From the IMG/VR virus record IMGVR_UViG_3300042445_001604, positions 1 to 64,000 of that record: DNA of 64,000 bases; one strand, given 5' to 3'. The position numbers and the translations under genes are program-made. Positions 1 through 10,400 of the stretch are shown here, one piece after another (position 1 is the first letter of the stretch; each line of letters opens with the position of its first letter). This DNA comes from a virus. A model generated the notes under the pieces. It searched no databases. It saw nothing but the letters and a program-made list of their open reading frames with translations, and had not been told where the DNA came from.

Positions 1-547
1 GCTCCAACATCATGTATGTCAGAATCTGCTCGTTCATGTGGGCGGTCTCAGCAAACTGAGCAAACGAACCACCAACAGTCTTGAAGTCACGGAACATACG
101 CACACCGTCAGCCTTGCGACGGACACGCATATCAATCTTGCCCTGAAGTTCAACAGCACCGTCAAAGAGGGGCATTGAGAGAATCTCTTCCGTGGAAATC
201 ATTTCCAGTTCCGAGTCAATACCCTCTTCTTCGACCCACTCAAGGTAGCCCTCAAGCATGATGCGACCGAGGTCGGCCTCTGAGTCAAAGTCGTGAGTGT
301 CCATCATGTCGAGATGCATGGCATCGCGCTCACCCTCGACAAGACCCTTGTAGGCATCGAGGAGCGGGACTCCAGTCGAGTAGTACTGGTCGAGTGCCTC
401 GTGGACACGCGAACCCAGAGCCAGAGGGCCAGAGTACTTCTTCTGCTTTGGCTTGAGTCGACGGTAGTACGACAGCCACCACTTGCGTCGGCAGTCTTTG
501 AACGTCTGAATTTCAGAGTTTGATAGGGTGTACGGGGAGTCTGTCAT
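1..547 (-). CDS. PD-(D/E)XK (Cas4/RecB-like) exonuclease, 3' end outside window
   Basis: Hand translation from ATG 547: MTDSPYTLSNSEIQTFKDCRRKWWLSYY...GSRVHEAL...LQGKIDMRV...FRDFKT; typical S-x-S..F..C, G..VH, G.ID and DxKT motifs. Not in the ORF track because it is truncated. Confidence 0.85.
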   Translation of the reverse strand, partial: MTDSPYTLSNSEIQTFKDCRRKWWLSYYRRLKPKQKKYSGPLALGSRVHEALDQYYSTGVPLLDAYKGLVEGERDAMHLDMMDTHDFDSEADLGRIMLEGYLEWVEEEGIDSELEMISTEEILSMPLFDGAVELQGKIDMRVRRKADGVRMFRDFKTVGGSFAQFAETAHMNEQILTYMMLE

Positions 548-563
548 TTGTGTCACTTCCTAG

Positions 564-689
564 TTATTTTGATACTGTTACAAGACGACGCTTCTCAGTG
601 TCGAACTTCTTGGGGTACTTCTTGAACCCTTTACCATTCTGTCGGTCGTTGTTTCGTACGCCAGAAGACTTTCCTCTTTTGCCAGCCAT
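564..689 (-). CDS. small basic protein (41 aa)
   Basis: Hand translation MAGKRGKSSGVRNNDRQNGKGFKKYPKKFDTEKRRLVTVSK; fills the gap between helicase and nuclease; AGAGGA upstream. Confidence 0.6.
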   Translation of the reverse strand: MAGKRGKSSGVRNNDRQNGKGFKKYPKKFDTEKRRLVTVSK

Positions 690-691
690 TA

Positions 692-2524
692 CTATTTCCT
701 CTTCTTCTCTGCGGTGAGCATGTCCTTGAGTTTATCACGGTCACGAACAACTTGCTCAAAGTTCTCTGCTTTTGTATCAAGGACGTCGACAACGCGCTCT
801 TCGATAGTTCCCTCGGTGACATAGTCCGTCACGAGGATGCTGTCGTGGATTTCCGAGCCAATACGGTGGACACGGTCTAACGCCTGCTTGTCGTCAACAA
901 GTGACCACGGGCGCTGAAGACGAACCATACGACGGGCTGCGGTCAGCGTGATACCCACACCACCAGCCTGAACGGTGAAGAGAATCCACTTGATTTTGCC
1001 AGCCTGAAAATCGTCAACAGCCTGCTGACGCTCTTCGTCGGTTTGACCACCAGTGATGCGACCATGAGCAATTCCAGCCTTGGTGAGGCGAGCAGAGAGC
1101 AGGTCAATCAACTGGCGAGACACGGCGGATACCGCAACTGAGTCGTCACCAAAGTCACCACTGTCAATGTCGTCCATCAGGGCATCAATCTTGCACGACG
1201 GCTCAGCGAGCGTGGTTTTGGTCTCACCAGTTTCCTCGTCGACCTCCATCGTCGCGTACGAACTTGCAAACTGGAGCAGACGAAGAGTCTGTGTAAGAAC
1301 AGACGGAGCCGTCATAAGTTCGGTGCTCTCTTCGAGTTCCGCAATCATGTGGTCACGCATCTGCTCGTAAGCCTTCTTCTGCTTGGCAGACATCTCGACG
1401 TCACGACGCTGGAACATAATCTCGGGAAGCCACGGAAGTACGCGAGCCTTGAGCATACGACGCATACGCGGGTCAATAGTTGCATGGAACTCGGCGTCCA
1501 TCTGAGCCTTGACACCAATGACCATCAGTCCACCGAACGCATTGAGCATGGTGTCAACGAAACGGTCAAGCCACTTGGACTTGCTAGGCCACTCCTCAGG
1601 GCTAATCCAGTGCAGGATTGACCACAGGTCAAGGACGTTGTTTGCAATAGGTGTACCAGTCAGTGCGTAACGAAAACGCGCGTTACCAGTAGCAGACCAC
1701 AATGCACGAGTCTGCTTGGACTTGGGGTCCTTGGAACGGTGAATCTCGTCAGCAACGACAGAGTGGAACTCAATCTGGTTGAGTTCACGAGGGTGTACCT
1801 CACAGCGAGTAACCGTGACAGCGGGATTTTCGCCACCGCAGTCAGGGCATCGAGCGAGGGAAATTGAACCATACGGAGCCAAACGCGAGTGCGTACGAAG
1901 GCTCTCCCAGTTGATAACCGCAACCTGAGGCTGAGGCTCGTCTTCCTTGGGGTTGATAAAAAGGTCAAACTGGTTTCGACGTTGGACAGCAGTACCACGA
2001 ATGACCTGCACGTTCACCGCAGGCCACCACTTGGTGAACTCGCGTTCCCAGTTCTTTTTGAGAGAATTGGGGCAGACGATAAGCGCAGGGAAAACCTGCT
2101 TGCCCTCGTCATGTAGTTTCTTGAGGGTACGAATAGCCTGAGCAGTTTTACCCAGTCCCGGTTCGTCTGCCAGCAGTGCACGTTCAGCAATGGCAAGATA
2201 CTTCACGCCTGCTCGCTGATGAGGGAACAGGTCAGCGTCGCCCTCGTCGTCGTTCTCAACATCACGCATTGCCATAGACGGGTCTACACGAACTGTACGC
2301 TCATTGGACGCCCACGCCGTGAGGCCGGGACCAATCTCGAGGTCAGCCTTGAACGTCGAGCGAAGAGCGAGACACGAAGCCCACGAAAGGGGAATACGCC
2401 AGACTTCTTCCTTGGGGCTCCATGAAGCACCCGGCAGGCTTTTCACTAACTCTTTAAATCTCCACTCTGCGCGGAGAATAATGTGTTTGCCTGAAGTTGT
2501 ATCAACGTCGACTAATACAGTCAT
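692..2524 (-). CDS. SNF2-family helicase with a Cys/His insertion
   Basis: LADEPGLGKT (Walker A), VADEIH, LTGTPIAN, GGVGITL, QALDRVHRIG; CPDC...CEVH insertion. Confidence 0.92.
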   Translation of the reverse strand: MTVLVDVDTTSGKHIILRAEWRFKELVKSLPGASWSPKEEVWRIPLSWASCLALRSTFKADLEIGPGLTAWASNERTVRVDPSMAMRDVENDDEGDADLFPHQRAGVKYLAIAERALLADEPGLGKTAQAIRTLKKLHDEGKQVFPALIVCPNSLKKNWEREFTKWWPAVNVQVIRGTAVQRRNQFDLFINPKEDEPQPQVAVINWESLRTHSRLAPYGSISLARCPDCGGENPAVTVTRCEVHPRELNQIEFHSVVADEIHRSKDPKSKQTRALWSATGNARFRYALTGTPIANNVLDLWSILHWISPEEWPSKSKWLDRFVDTMLNAFGGLMVIGVKAQMDAEFHATIDPRMRRMLKARVLPWLPEIMFQRRDVEMSAKQKKAYEQMRDHMIAELEESTELMTAPSVLTQTLRLLQFASSYATMEVDEETGETKTTLAEPSCKIDALMDDIDSGDFGDDSVAVSAVSRQLIDLLSARLTKAGIAHGRITGGQTDEERQQAVDDFQAGKIKWILFTVQAGGVGITLTAARRMVRLQRPWSLVDDKQALDRVHRIGSEIHDSILVTDYVTEGTIEERVVDVLDTKAENFEQVVRDRDKLKDMLTAEKKRK

Positions 2525-2566
2525 GTTGGTCCTTTCGTCTTTGTGTTCAATCAGTATACAGCAAAT

Positions 2567-3022
2567 CTACTGCAAAAGTTTTGTAGGCTTCCAGCCCGTA
2601 GAAACCAAGTATAGCAGACCATGCCTGATTGCGTCAAGGGCGTGCCCCTCGCCACCTCGGTACCAGTACTCGAGCAACTTAAGTTTGGGGTTGGGGAACA
2701 TATTCATTGCGTTGGCGGGAAGTTGAAACTTGAGCGACTCAGGGTCTCGTCCTCGGTCAAGAAGAATTACTTTCAGTGCCCCGATGCACTCGAGGCTGTA
2801 CGGTGCTTGTGAGTTCTTTGCGGTCTGCAAGTTGATAGTGAACTTCTCACACACCACCTCAAGTTCGGGGTACTGCATAAAAATCATGCGCGTTTTGTCT
2901 ACAAAGGCGACAAACTCTTCTTCGCCACTCCACATGAGTTCTGGCTCTTTGTCGCGTTCTACAGTAAACAGAGCCATACCCGTGGTCTTGCCGGGGTCAA
3001 TCGCTAGGACGTACCGAGTCAT
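2567..3022 (-). CDS. RuvC-like Holliday junction resolvase
   Basis: VLAIDPGKTTG, VVCE, HALDAIRH; start placed at MTRYV after GGAG. Confidence 0.8.
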   Translation of the reverse strand: MTRYVLAIDPGKTTGMALFTVERDKEPELMWSGEEEFVAFVDKTRMIFMQYPELEVVCEKFTINLQTAKNSQAPYSLECIGALKVILLDRGRDPESLKFQLPANAMNMFPNPKLKLLEYWYRGGEGHALDAIRHGLLYLVSTGWKPTKLLQ

Positions 3023-4868
3023 TTTCATCTCCTGTTGCATACTTGTCGCCCCATGTGCGGAAAGGTCCGTCTACTCCTGCGGTTAGCGGAATGTCCCAGC
3101 CGTCGCGGGTGGTCATGCACTCTTGGACAGTTGCCATAACATCTCGGAGTTCTTCTTTGTTTGCCTGCAACACAATTTCATCGTGCACAGGAACAATGAG
3201 ATGTTCGGTTAGGTCTGCTTGGTCCAACTTCACAAGGTTCTGCTTGAAGATTTCTGCAGCGGTGGATTGAATGAGGTAGTTAGTCAGCGAGTACACGCGG
3301 TCATCGTCGCAGGGGAGTCGTCGACCAGTTCGTGTCTTGACGTAGCCTTGACCCTCGTTACGCAGACGCTCCGTCCCAGCATTCTCAATCTGCGACTGGA
3401 GTTGCTTTACGCCGGGGTAACTTGCGTCAAACGCATCGACAACAGCCTTCATCTGCTCGGTGGCAACTTTTGCAGTCAGAGCCATCTTGTCTACGCCAGC
3501 GCCGTACAACTTTCCATACACGACACCCTTGATAAGTTTACGACGAGCGTCACTCTTCTCAAGAGTTTGGTCTGCGTAGACGTCGCGCATGATGGACGTG
3601 AACACATCTCCACCAGATGCATCGGCTTCGTGGAACAGGCGAATAAGGCTTGGGTCTTGACTCAGGTTAGCCGTAAGACGGAACTCAACTTGGTCGAGGT
3701 CAGACGAGATAATGAAGTGCTCGTCATCTTTGGGCACGAACGCACGACGAACTGTGGCGTCTCCCGACGGAAGAGTCTGCAGAGCAGGGTCAGTAATTGA
3801 CATACGCCCAGTACGAGCACCCAGCGTTCGGATAGATGGGTGAACGTAGCCATTTACATTGTCGTTGATAAAGTTAGAGAAGTACGAAGTTGCCAACTTA
3901 TCAGCCTTGCGTTGCTTCAGAATAAGGTCAGCCAACTGCTGTGCCTCAGGCGAACCGTCGCGCGTGAACAACTGAAGTTGCTCTTTGGTCATGGACTTCT
4001 GCCCAGACGGAGTGGTAGCCGTGATGTTCTCACCCAACTGGTCTTCAAACACACGAACCAACTGAATGTTGCTACCAGAGGACGCACCCTTGTAGTTGTC
4101 AGAAACCCACTTCTTCACCGAGTTGGAATACTCACTGAGTTCTTCCAACTTTTTCTGCGAGTAGTCAAGGTCTACACGAGCGCCGTTGACTTCCATGCGA
4201 GTACAAATACGGCGAGTAGCCATCTCAAGTTCATAAGGAATGCTGTACATCGCACCAGGCGCAAACATCGTGGGGTAGAACTTCTCCCACAGTCGAGTAG
4301 TAAGGACAGTATCTAGTGCGCCATACGCCCAGTACGGTTCAAAGTTCACAGGAACAGTTCCCCACGTCCAGCCGTTCTCCGCAAGCGAGGTGTCTAGCGT
4401 TCCTTGCAGGGCAACAGAGCGGTTGTCAATGTGGAGTGCAGCGAGACGCTTGAGTGCACCTGAGCCCAATGGGTCCATAAGGTGCGCCATAATCATGGTG
4501 TCGTGGGCTTGGTGCCACGGGAGTTCCCAGTCAGACTGGACAGCAAACCAGCGTGCTTCAAATGCAATGTTGTGGCAGATGATGGGACCGTCGTAGTCCT
4601 TCATGCCCTGATAAAAGACGCCTTTCCAGAAGTCCCACGGCAGCGCCCAACCCTGCATGCCATCGCCAACCTGCACCAAACGGATACGTCCGTGCCACGG
4701 TGAAAGAGCGTCCTTGCGAGGATTACCGGGAAGTTCTCCCGTTTCAATGTCGACCGACACAGCATTGTGTGGACGGCGCTCTCCCAGCCACGAGATGAAC
4801 TCGTTGGCTTTTTCTACGCTATCAACAAGGTGCAGTCGGACATCTGAAAGTCCACTATTCTCGTTCAT
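2997..4868 (-). CDS. polA: DNA polymerase, family A, with 3'-5' exonuclease domain
   Basis: Exo motifs VDIET, HNIAFE, YGALD; TGRMS, DLDQVEFR (motif A), RKLIKGVVYGKLYG (motif B), VHDE (motif C). Start moved to MNENS (4868) to avoid a long overlap with the next gene. Confidence 0.93.
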   Translation of the reverse strand: MNENSGLSDVRLHLVDSVEKANEFISWLGERRPHNAVSVDIETGELPGNPRKDALSPWHGRIRLVQVGDGMQGWALPWDFWKGVFYQGMKDYDGPIICHNIAFEARWFAVQSDWELPWHQAHDTMIMAHLMDPLGSGALKRLAALHIDNRSVALQGTLDTSLAENGWTWGTVPVNFEPYWAYGALDTVLTTRLWEKFYPTMFAPGAMYSIPYELEMATRRICTRMEVNGARVDLDYSQKKLEELSEYSNSVKKWVSDNYKGASSGSNIQLVRVFEDQLGENITATTPSGQKSMTKEQLQLFTRDGSPEAQQLADLILKQRKADKLATSYFSNFINDNVNGYVHPSIRTLGARTGRMSITDPALQTLPSGDATVRRAFVPKDDEHFIISSDLDQVEFRLTANLSQDPSLIRLFHEADASGGDVFTSIMRDVYADQTLEKSDARRKLIKGVVYGKLYGAGVDKMALTAKVATEQMKAVVDAFDASYPGVKQLQSQIENAGTERLRNEGQGYVKTRTGRRLPCDDDRVYSLTNYLIQSTAAEIFKQNLVKLDQADLTEHLIVPVHDEIVLQANKEELRDVMATVQECMTTRDGWDIPLTAGVDGPFRTWGDKYATGDENDSVRPSD

Positions 4869-5166
4869 CCTCGGGTGTATCTCCTTCGTCGTTTTCTGTG
4901 TCAAACTCGTCTTCGTCTTCGTAGTACTCGTCATCGTACTCGTAGTCGGCGTCGCCGTCAATCTTATAGTTCAGTTGTTCATCAGGCGATATACCAGAGC
5001 GTGCAGCAATTCCCGCACTAATCATGTCCGATACTACCATACCAGCGACATCAGTGGGGAAACCCACATCGAGAACCTCGTGGTAGATTTCGTGCACCTC
5101 AATAAGGAAAGCCCTGAGCGGACTGGCTACACTGTCGAGAAGTGCTTTCTCGTTTTGCTCTTCCAC
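4855..5166 (-). CDS. hypothetical protein with highly acidic C-terminal tail
   Basis: 103 aa ORF ending DADYEYDDEYYEDEDEFDTENDEGDTPEDERE. Confidence 0.7.
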   Translation of the reverse strand: MEEQNEKALLDSVASPLRAFLIEVHEIYHEVLDVGFPTDVAGMVVSDMISAGIAARSGISPDEQLNYKIDGDADYEYDDEYYEDEDEFDTENDEGDTPEDERE

Positions 5167-5190
5167 ACGGGCCTCTCTGTCGAAAACTCC

Positions 5191-5661
5191 CTATGGAATC
5201 AATTCTATCCTATAAATTTGCTCTATGTTCTGGTCAATTGCGGATGCTTGTTCGAGAAGTCGCTGGGCTACTTTGGTGAGATACCGCGCTCCGTTGTTGT
5301 CGTATTTGTAGAGAGCATCGAGCACAGATTCTGCGTCGTCGCTTACTTGAGCCCAATAGCGGTGCTTCTCAGGGAAAATGTAGGGAACCTGAAGTGTTGG
5401 CTCGCACTCTTCACACGGGAGAGCAGCGTCGCTGAGTTCGGTAATAAACTGCTCTTGAAGTCCGTAACGCTCGACTAACTTACAACCAGCGGTATGGTAA
5501 ACGAGTGAGACGCCAACGCGGGAGAGAACATAGGAACCGTTATCGGTTCGATACAACTTGAACTCAATCCATCGCGTAGAGCCACGCTGGAACGACGAAG
5601 ATTCTCCCAGTTTCTTACCGCTGAACTGGAGAGTTCGCTGTCCGTCTTTTACTTCGTACAT
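5191..5661 (-). CDS. hypothetical protein
   Basis: 156 aa ORF with H..C and CEEC residues; in operon context. Confidence 0.75.
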   Translation of the reverse strand: MYEVKDGQRTLQFSGKKLGESSSFQRGSTRWIEFKLYRTDNGSYVLSRVGVSLVYHTAGCKLVERYGLQEQFITELSDAALPCEECEPTLQVPYIFPEKHRYWAQVSDDAESVLDALYKYDNNGARYLTKVAQRLLEQASAIDQNIEQIYRIELIP

Positions 5662-5752
5662 GGTTTGGGTTCTGTCTTTCGTTGTGTGAATCCGTCAAGA
5701 CCGAGTCTAACACAATATGTAGTGGTAGACGGTAACCTCTGGAACAAGAGCA

Positions 5753-5896
5753 TTAGGGGTTCTCCGACTTCCACGCGAGATACTCTTGGTACATTCGGTT
5801 GGCTGGGTCGGCTGGGATAGACCAGACCTTGCCAGAGTCCTCTGTGTACTTAACGGTAATACCGCCAGTTTCTTCGTTGACTATTTCTTCATACAT
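5753..5896 (-). CDS. small tail-fibre assembly chaperone-like protein (47 aa)
   Basis: Hand translation MYEEIVNEETGGITVKYTEDSGKVWSIPADPANRMYQEYLAWKSENP; the IPxDPxNRxYQEYLAW motif is typical of genes following phage fibres; AGGAG upstream. Confidence 0.7.
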   Translation of the reverse strand: MYEEIVNEETGGITVKYTEDSGKVWSIPADPANRMYQEYLAWKSENP

Positions 5897-5904
5897 TTTG
5901 TCTC

Positions 5905-7467
5905 CTAAAGTTCCGCATCAATTTCAAGCAACCTAGTTGCCGACTGACCCATATAAACATAACTTACTCTTCCAACAACAAAAGTGCCAGTGTATTCAAC
6001 AGCAAAACTTCTTTTTGTGTTGCCAGTTACCGTACAGACTGCAGAACTAATTTGCGAGTCAGTTCCATCCTCTGCAACTCTAAAAGTATCCGCACCACCA
6101 GATATGCTTATTGATGGATTGACTCTTTTTTCCACGTTATATGTTCCCATGAAACGAGCAGTAGCGGTGCTGTGCGTTCCAGTCGGGAATACCGCGCCTA
6201 TACTTTGATTATAGTTTTCATAATATCTAAGACAAGCGGCAAGTTCTCCTTGAGGGTTCGGAGAGTTGCGTCGGAACGGTGTGGCGATAGAGCCTTCTTC
6301 GACCTGAACACCCCAGATATCAATAGTTTGTGTTGCGTTGACGGTGGAAGACTGAAGAGTAAGGATAATGGAGTCATTGCCGTCCGTACCAATAGTTTTA
6401 CCTGATAGTGAAGGCAATGTTACCGTTGCGGTGTAGTTGGCCCACGAAGTGGTCAAGGTCTTTGCGCTACCGTATGTAGCCGTTTGGGAAGATGGACTAC
6501 CGCCTGTCCCAAAGTATTGAGTAAAAATAGGAGTTACTGTTCTTGTTGCGTCCGCCTTTGCCCAAAATGAGACAGTAATGGTCTCACCTGCAAGGGTGCG
6601 AACACTTTCGATGCGCTGCTCAAGTACGTTTGAGAAAGTAGCACCAGTACCAGCAGTTGTTTGATTGTATCTGTAAAAAAATCTACCTTCATATCCAGAG
6701 ACAGGTGCGGTTCCTAAAGTAAACGCCTGTTGTGAGATTGTTCGAACACCAGTACCATCAAACGACGCTCGCCAACGGTCCGCCGAATACGTATTGCTTA
6801 CAGCGCTGGCAAAAGATGTGCCTCGTTGCCAAATATCAAATGCACCGTTGATGATGAAGTTGTATGAGGGCGGAGCCGTGTTGACAAAGTTGGTTCCGTT
6901 GTAGAGAACTGTCTGCCCAGTGGTCACGGATGTAATATCCACATCAGAAAGGTTAGTAAGAGGAGGCGCAATAGTAGTATTGCCAGCCAAAGTCAAACGA
7001 CCCTGAGCATCAACAGTAAAAGTTCCAACCTGTGTTGCCGAACCAAAAGAACCAGCAGTGACTGCATTGTCTATAATTTTAATCGCATTATCAGTGGGGT
7101 CGAAAGCGACAGTCATATACCCGTCCCCGTTCTCAATTCCGTCATAGGGCTCTTCATACTTACCACCGCTAAGAGACAAGTGACCATCTACACCAGTCTC
7201 AATGTCTAAGCCACCGCTGGCAACAATCTCATTGATGATACCGAGATTCTCAGATGTAACCTCTCCTCGACCAATCTTGTCCGATGTGATTGAGCGGTCT
7301 GCGACACTCTCGGTGTTGACTGCCCCCAGTGCAATACTGTCGTTTGTGACAGCATTAGTCTGAGTTCCAGAAACCTGTTGAATTTTCTGTTGCTCTGTGA
7401 CTTTGTCCGTGAGATTGTTGAGTTTATTACCAACCGAACTGTTGGACCGTTTTCGACGACTAACCAC
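5905..7467 (-). CDS. tail fibre / receptor-binding protein with carbohydrate-binding-like domain
   Basis: VTNDSIA/ITSDKI repeats, VDAQGRLT fibre motif, LTNLSDVDI, NFIINGAFDIWQRG...GVQVEEGSIATPF module; last gene of the tail cluster. Confidence 0.8.
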   Translation of the reverse strand: MVSRRKRSNSSVGNKLNNLTDKVTEQQKIQQVSGTQTNAVTNDSIALGAVNTESVADRSITSDKIGRGEVTSENLGIINEIVASGGLDIETGVDGHLSLSGGKYEEPYDGIENGDGYMTVAFDPTDNAIKIIDNAVTAGSFGSATQVGTFTVDAQGRLTLAGNTTIAPPLTNLSDVDITSVTTGQTVLYNGTNFVNTAPPSYNFIINGAFDIWQRGTSFASAVSNTYSADRWRASFDGTGVRTISQQAFTLGTAPVSGYEGRFFYRYNQTTAGTGATFSNVLEQRIESVRTLAGETITVSFWAKADATRTVTPIFTQYFGTGGSPSSQTATYGSAKTLTTSWANYTATVTLPSLSGKTIGTDGNDSIILTLQSSTVNATQTIDIWGVQVEEGSIATPFRRNSPNPQGELAACLRYYENYNQSIGAVFPTGTHSTATARFMGTYNVEKRVNPSISISGGADTFRVAEDGTDSQISSAVCTVTGNTKRSFAVEYTGTFVVGRVSYVYMGQSATRLLEIDAEL

Positions 7468-10400
7468 GCTTATCCACCTCCCACTCAGGGACTACCTTGA
7501 GCGTCACTTTTTCGGGGAACGTCACACCGTCAGGAACGCTGACACTGTACGCCTCAATTTTACGCACAAGAACATTGTCTCGTGGCTCGAGGTCTGTAGC
7601 CAAACGGGCACGAACAAATGCATCGTCAATGACAATCGCGCACCAGTCGCCGGGAGCGTAGGAACCAACAGCAGGCTCAAGCGCACCATTGAGCGCAATA
7701 GTAATTTCTGCGTCTGGCGGACGGGCTTCTTTCATGTATTTATTTGCATAGGCATACAACACATTCTTATCGTCAGTGTTGTCAATCTTTTCGTCGTCAT
7801 CGAGCAGGGGCCACTTACGACCGAATGAGTCAAAGCCCAAAAGTTCGGTATCAGACGCAGCCGAGTAGTTTGCCCCAACATCAGAACCAGCGTCATTCTC
7901 TCCCAAAGCAAAGAATCGAGTAGAAGAGTTTTCTGCCGACTCGTTGATGGCGACGTTTGAGATGTTGCCGGGGTACTCAAAAACATACCTATCTGCACCA
8001 AATCGACTGAGAGGCGACAACTCTCCCGCAGCAGGCGGGTCTGGGTAGTTGATGGGGATGAGCACAAAAGTTTTGGTGAAACTCTGGGTTGTCTCGTCAA
8101 ACGAGCAGTCAATTCGATACTCAAAACCGTCAATGCTGTCAGAGTACTTGTCGAGAGCCTCACCGACGCTGACCAACTCAAAGCCACGGTAGAGGGTTGG
8201 TTTGACATCTACACCAGAGTAGCCACGGGTCGAGAAGTTCAAGCCAATATCAGCATTGCCAGGGAATCCTCCATAGGTCCTAGAAATTGCCACGGGGCGA
8301 ACAACGGCAGAGCCCTTGCCTGCAATTGGATAGACAGGAACATCAGAGTGCGACTTGACAAATGAGAATGAGTTGTCTGCCTCTACGACATCAGTAATTG
8401 TTTTAGTTGCAGCGTTGAACAAGTCTGTGGGTCGGAAGTATGCGTAGTTATTGACCGACTGCGTAGATGAACTGACACCACTAAGGTTTCGGTCTGCACT
8501 GTATGACAAGGCAAGCGGGTTGTCAGTGGGGACAGAAACAACTTGTTTAGTTCCGTTGAACACGCTCATTGCTGACTCAACCGACCCCGATGTCACAGGG
8601 CTGTCTGGAACAGTGCGAAGACCTAAACCAGAAATGTCAACTTTAAACTTGGTATTGGTCGAGGCATCGTAGACGGTGCTGCTAGATGGGATAGGACTGG
8701 GAACCACTACGGTCGGGTAGGGGGAATTGTCGTTATCGCGAAGAGCATCCCCGTTATTCAAGTCGTCGGACCCGCCAGCATCGCCCTGAGAGTAGGTGAA
8801 TGTTTTTGCAGTGGGAGCAGACGCTACAGTGTATTTTCCATTCATAGGACTGAGGTACTGAACAGTTCCAGCCTCTGCTTTAAGTGGCAAGTTACTGACG
8901 ACGTCAGGGTCTCCGACAGAGTAGGAGAGAGAGGTAGGCGTCACAGCAGAGATGGTGTGGCTCCCATCAAAAATACTCTTTACTTGCGTCACTGTAGCGT
9001 TGACTGATGTGGCACCAATTGTGACGTTTTTCTGTGCGTCGGTGGGGCTACTAGCAAACTCAAATTCAACAATTTGACCAGTGACGGTCGTAATGTTTTT
9101 TTCTTTTCGTTGGTCAGCGTCTGGACCATAAAACTTGTTGGCAATAGAAGTCAACGTAATGTCGTCGCCAACTTTGATATTGTGCGCCTCTCCTAGGGTA
9201 AGTTTTATGACGTTCTTTTTTCGGCTTGCAGAAGTTACCGTATACTCTTCTGCCACATTTTTAACCGTAATCTTGTCATTGACAGCCAAACCCATTGTGT
9301 TGGGGACAGTTAAAGTAGCCACGCCTTCGATAAGTCGACGTTGAGTAGATGACGTTGTCTCGTATAGACCCGAAACTGTAATCTCATCGCTCGCTTGGAT
9401 GTTATGGTTAGTTGTTGTAGTGAGAGTGACAACCCCATTGGTACGACTACGCTTGCTCACTCGATAGTTCTCAAGGACGTCAGAGAATGTCAGAGAGGAG
9501 TTCCGCTTGAAGTTGTGTGGTGCGCTGGTTGTGATAATTGCGTAGGAAAACCCCAAAATTGTCCCAGTTTCAACACCAGAAGCAACAGTCTGTTTCGTGT
9601 CAATCTTGTATGTCAAACTTGACGTAGTTGGAATAGTCAGTATTTCAAAAGTCCCATTAAACTTTCCACTGCCACGGGTAGTCCCAGAAATTGTAACTCT
9701 ATTGCCGACAGAAAATCCGTGAGCAGCGGTTGTTGTCAGGGTCACAGTGTTATTTGTCTGTGCAGAATTATTGACGGTCACGCCAGTTTGATTTCCGTTG
9801 ACTACATACTCTATTGCCTGTACGGGAACTGACTCGGTTAGTCCAGAGACACTAATAGTATCTCCCGCCTGAAGATGGTGTTCAGCAGATGCGGTAAGAG
9901 TAGCGAGGGGGTATTTCTCTACAGACCCAACAACAGCAGAGGCAGAACCACTGGCAACAGTTACGTATGTGAAAGTGGTGCTGTCAACAATAGATGCGAC
10001 AATGGCCCCTGTAAGGTTTAGTGCGGTAGCAGTTGTGACCCCAGTAATGTTTACCAACTCGTACTGCGAAAGGTCGTGAGGGGCAGAAGTGTCAACAGTA
10101 ACAACATTTCCTACGCGAGTTATTGTGGAGATGCCAACCGTCGTGTTTTGCGGGTAGTAGTCAATTGAGCGAGTCTTGATTTCGTGATAAGGCGATGCGC
10201 CAGCAACGGTAACAGAGTCTCCGACTGCGTATGAGTGTGGTTCTGCAGTGACAATAGTAACTTTGTCCGATGCGACATACGCTTGAGCAACATCAAAGGA
10301 CGTGGAACTAACTGTTGCTTGAGCATCCCCAAAAGTTGTTGCGGGAATAGCCTGACCAGAACCATTGACATACGAGAATGTTTTTGCCGTAACCTTAGTA

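Noticed and set aside
1-547. Cas4-like nuclease as evidence for CRISPR-Cas
   Set aside because: Stand-alone PD-(D/E)XK nucleases are common in phage replication modules; no other cas genes or arrays are visible.
4869-4961. Thr-rich N-terminal extension of PolA in the ORF track
   Set aside because: It is the out-of-frame reading of the upstream gene's acidic tail; the ATG at 4868 is more plausible.
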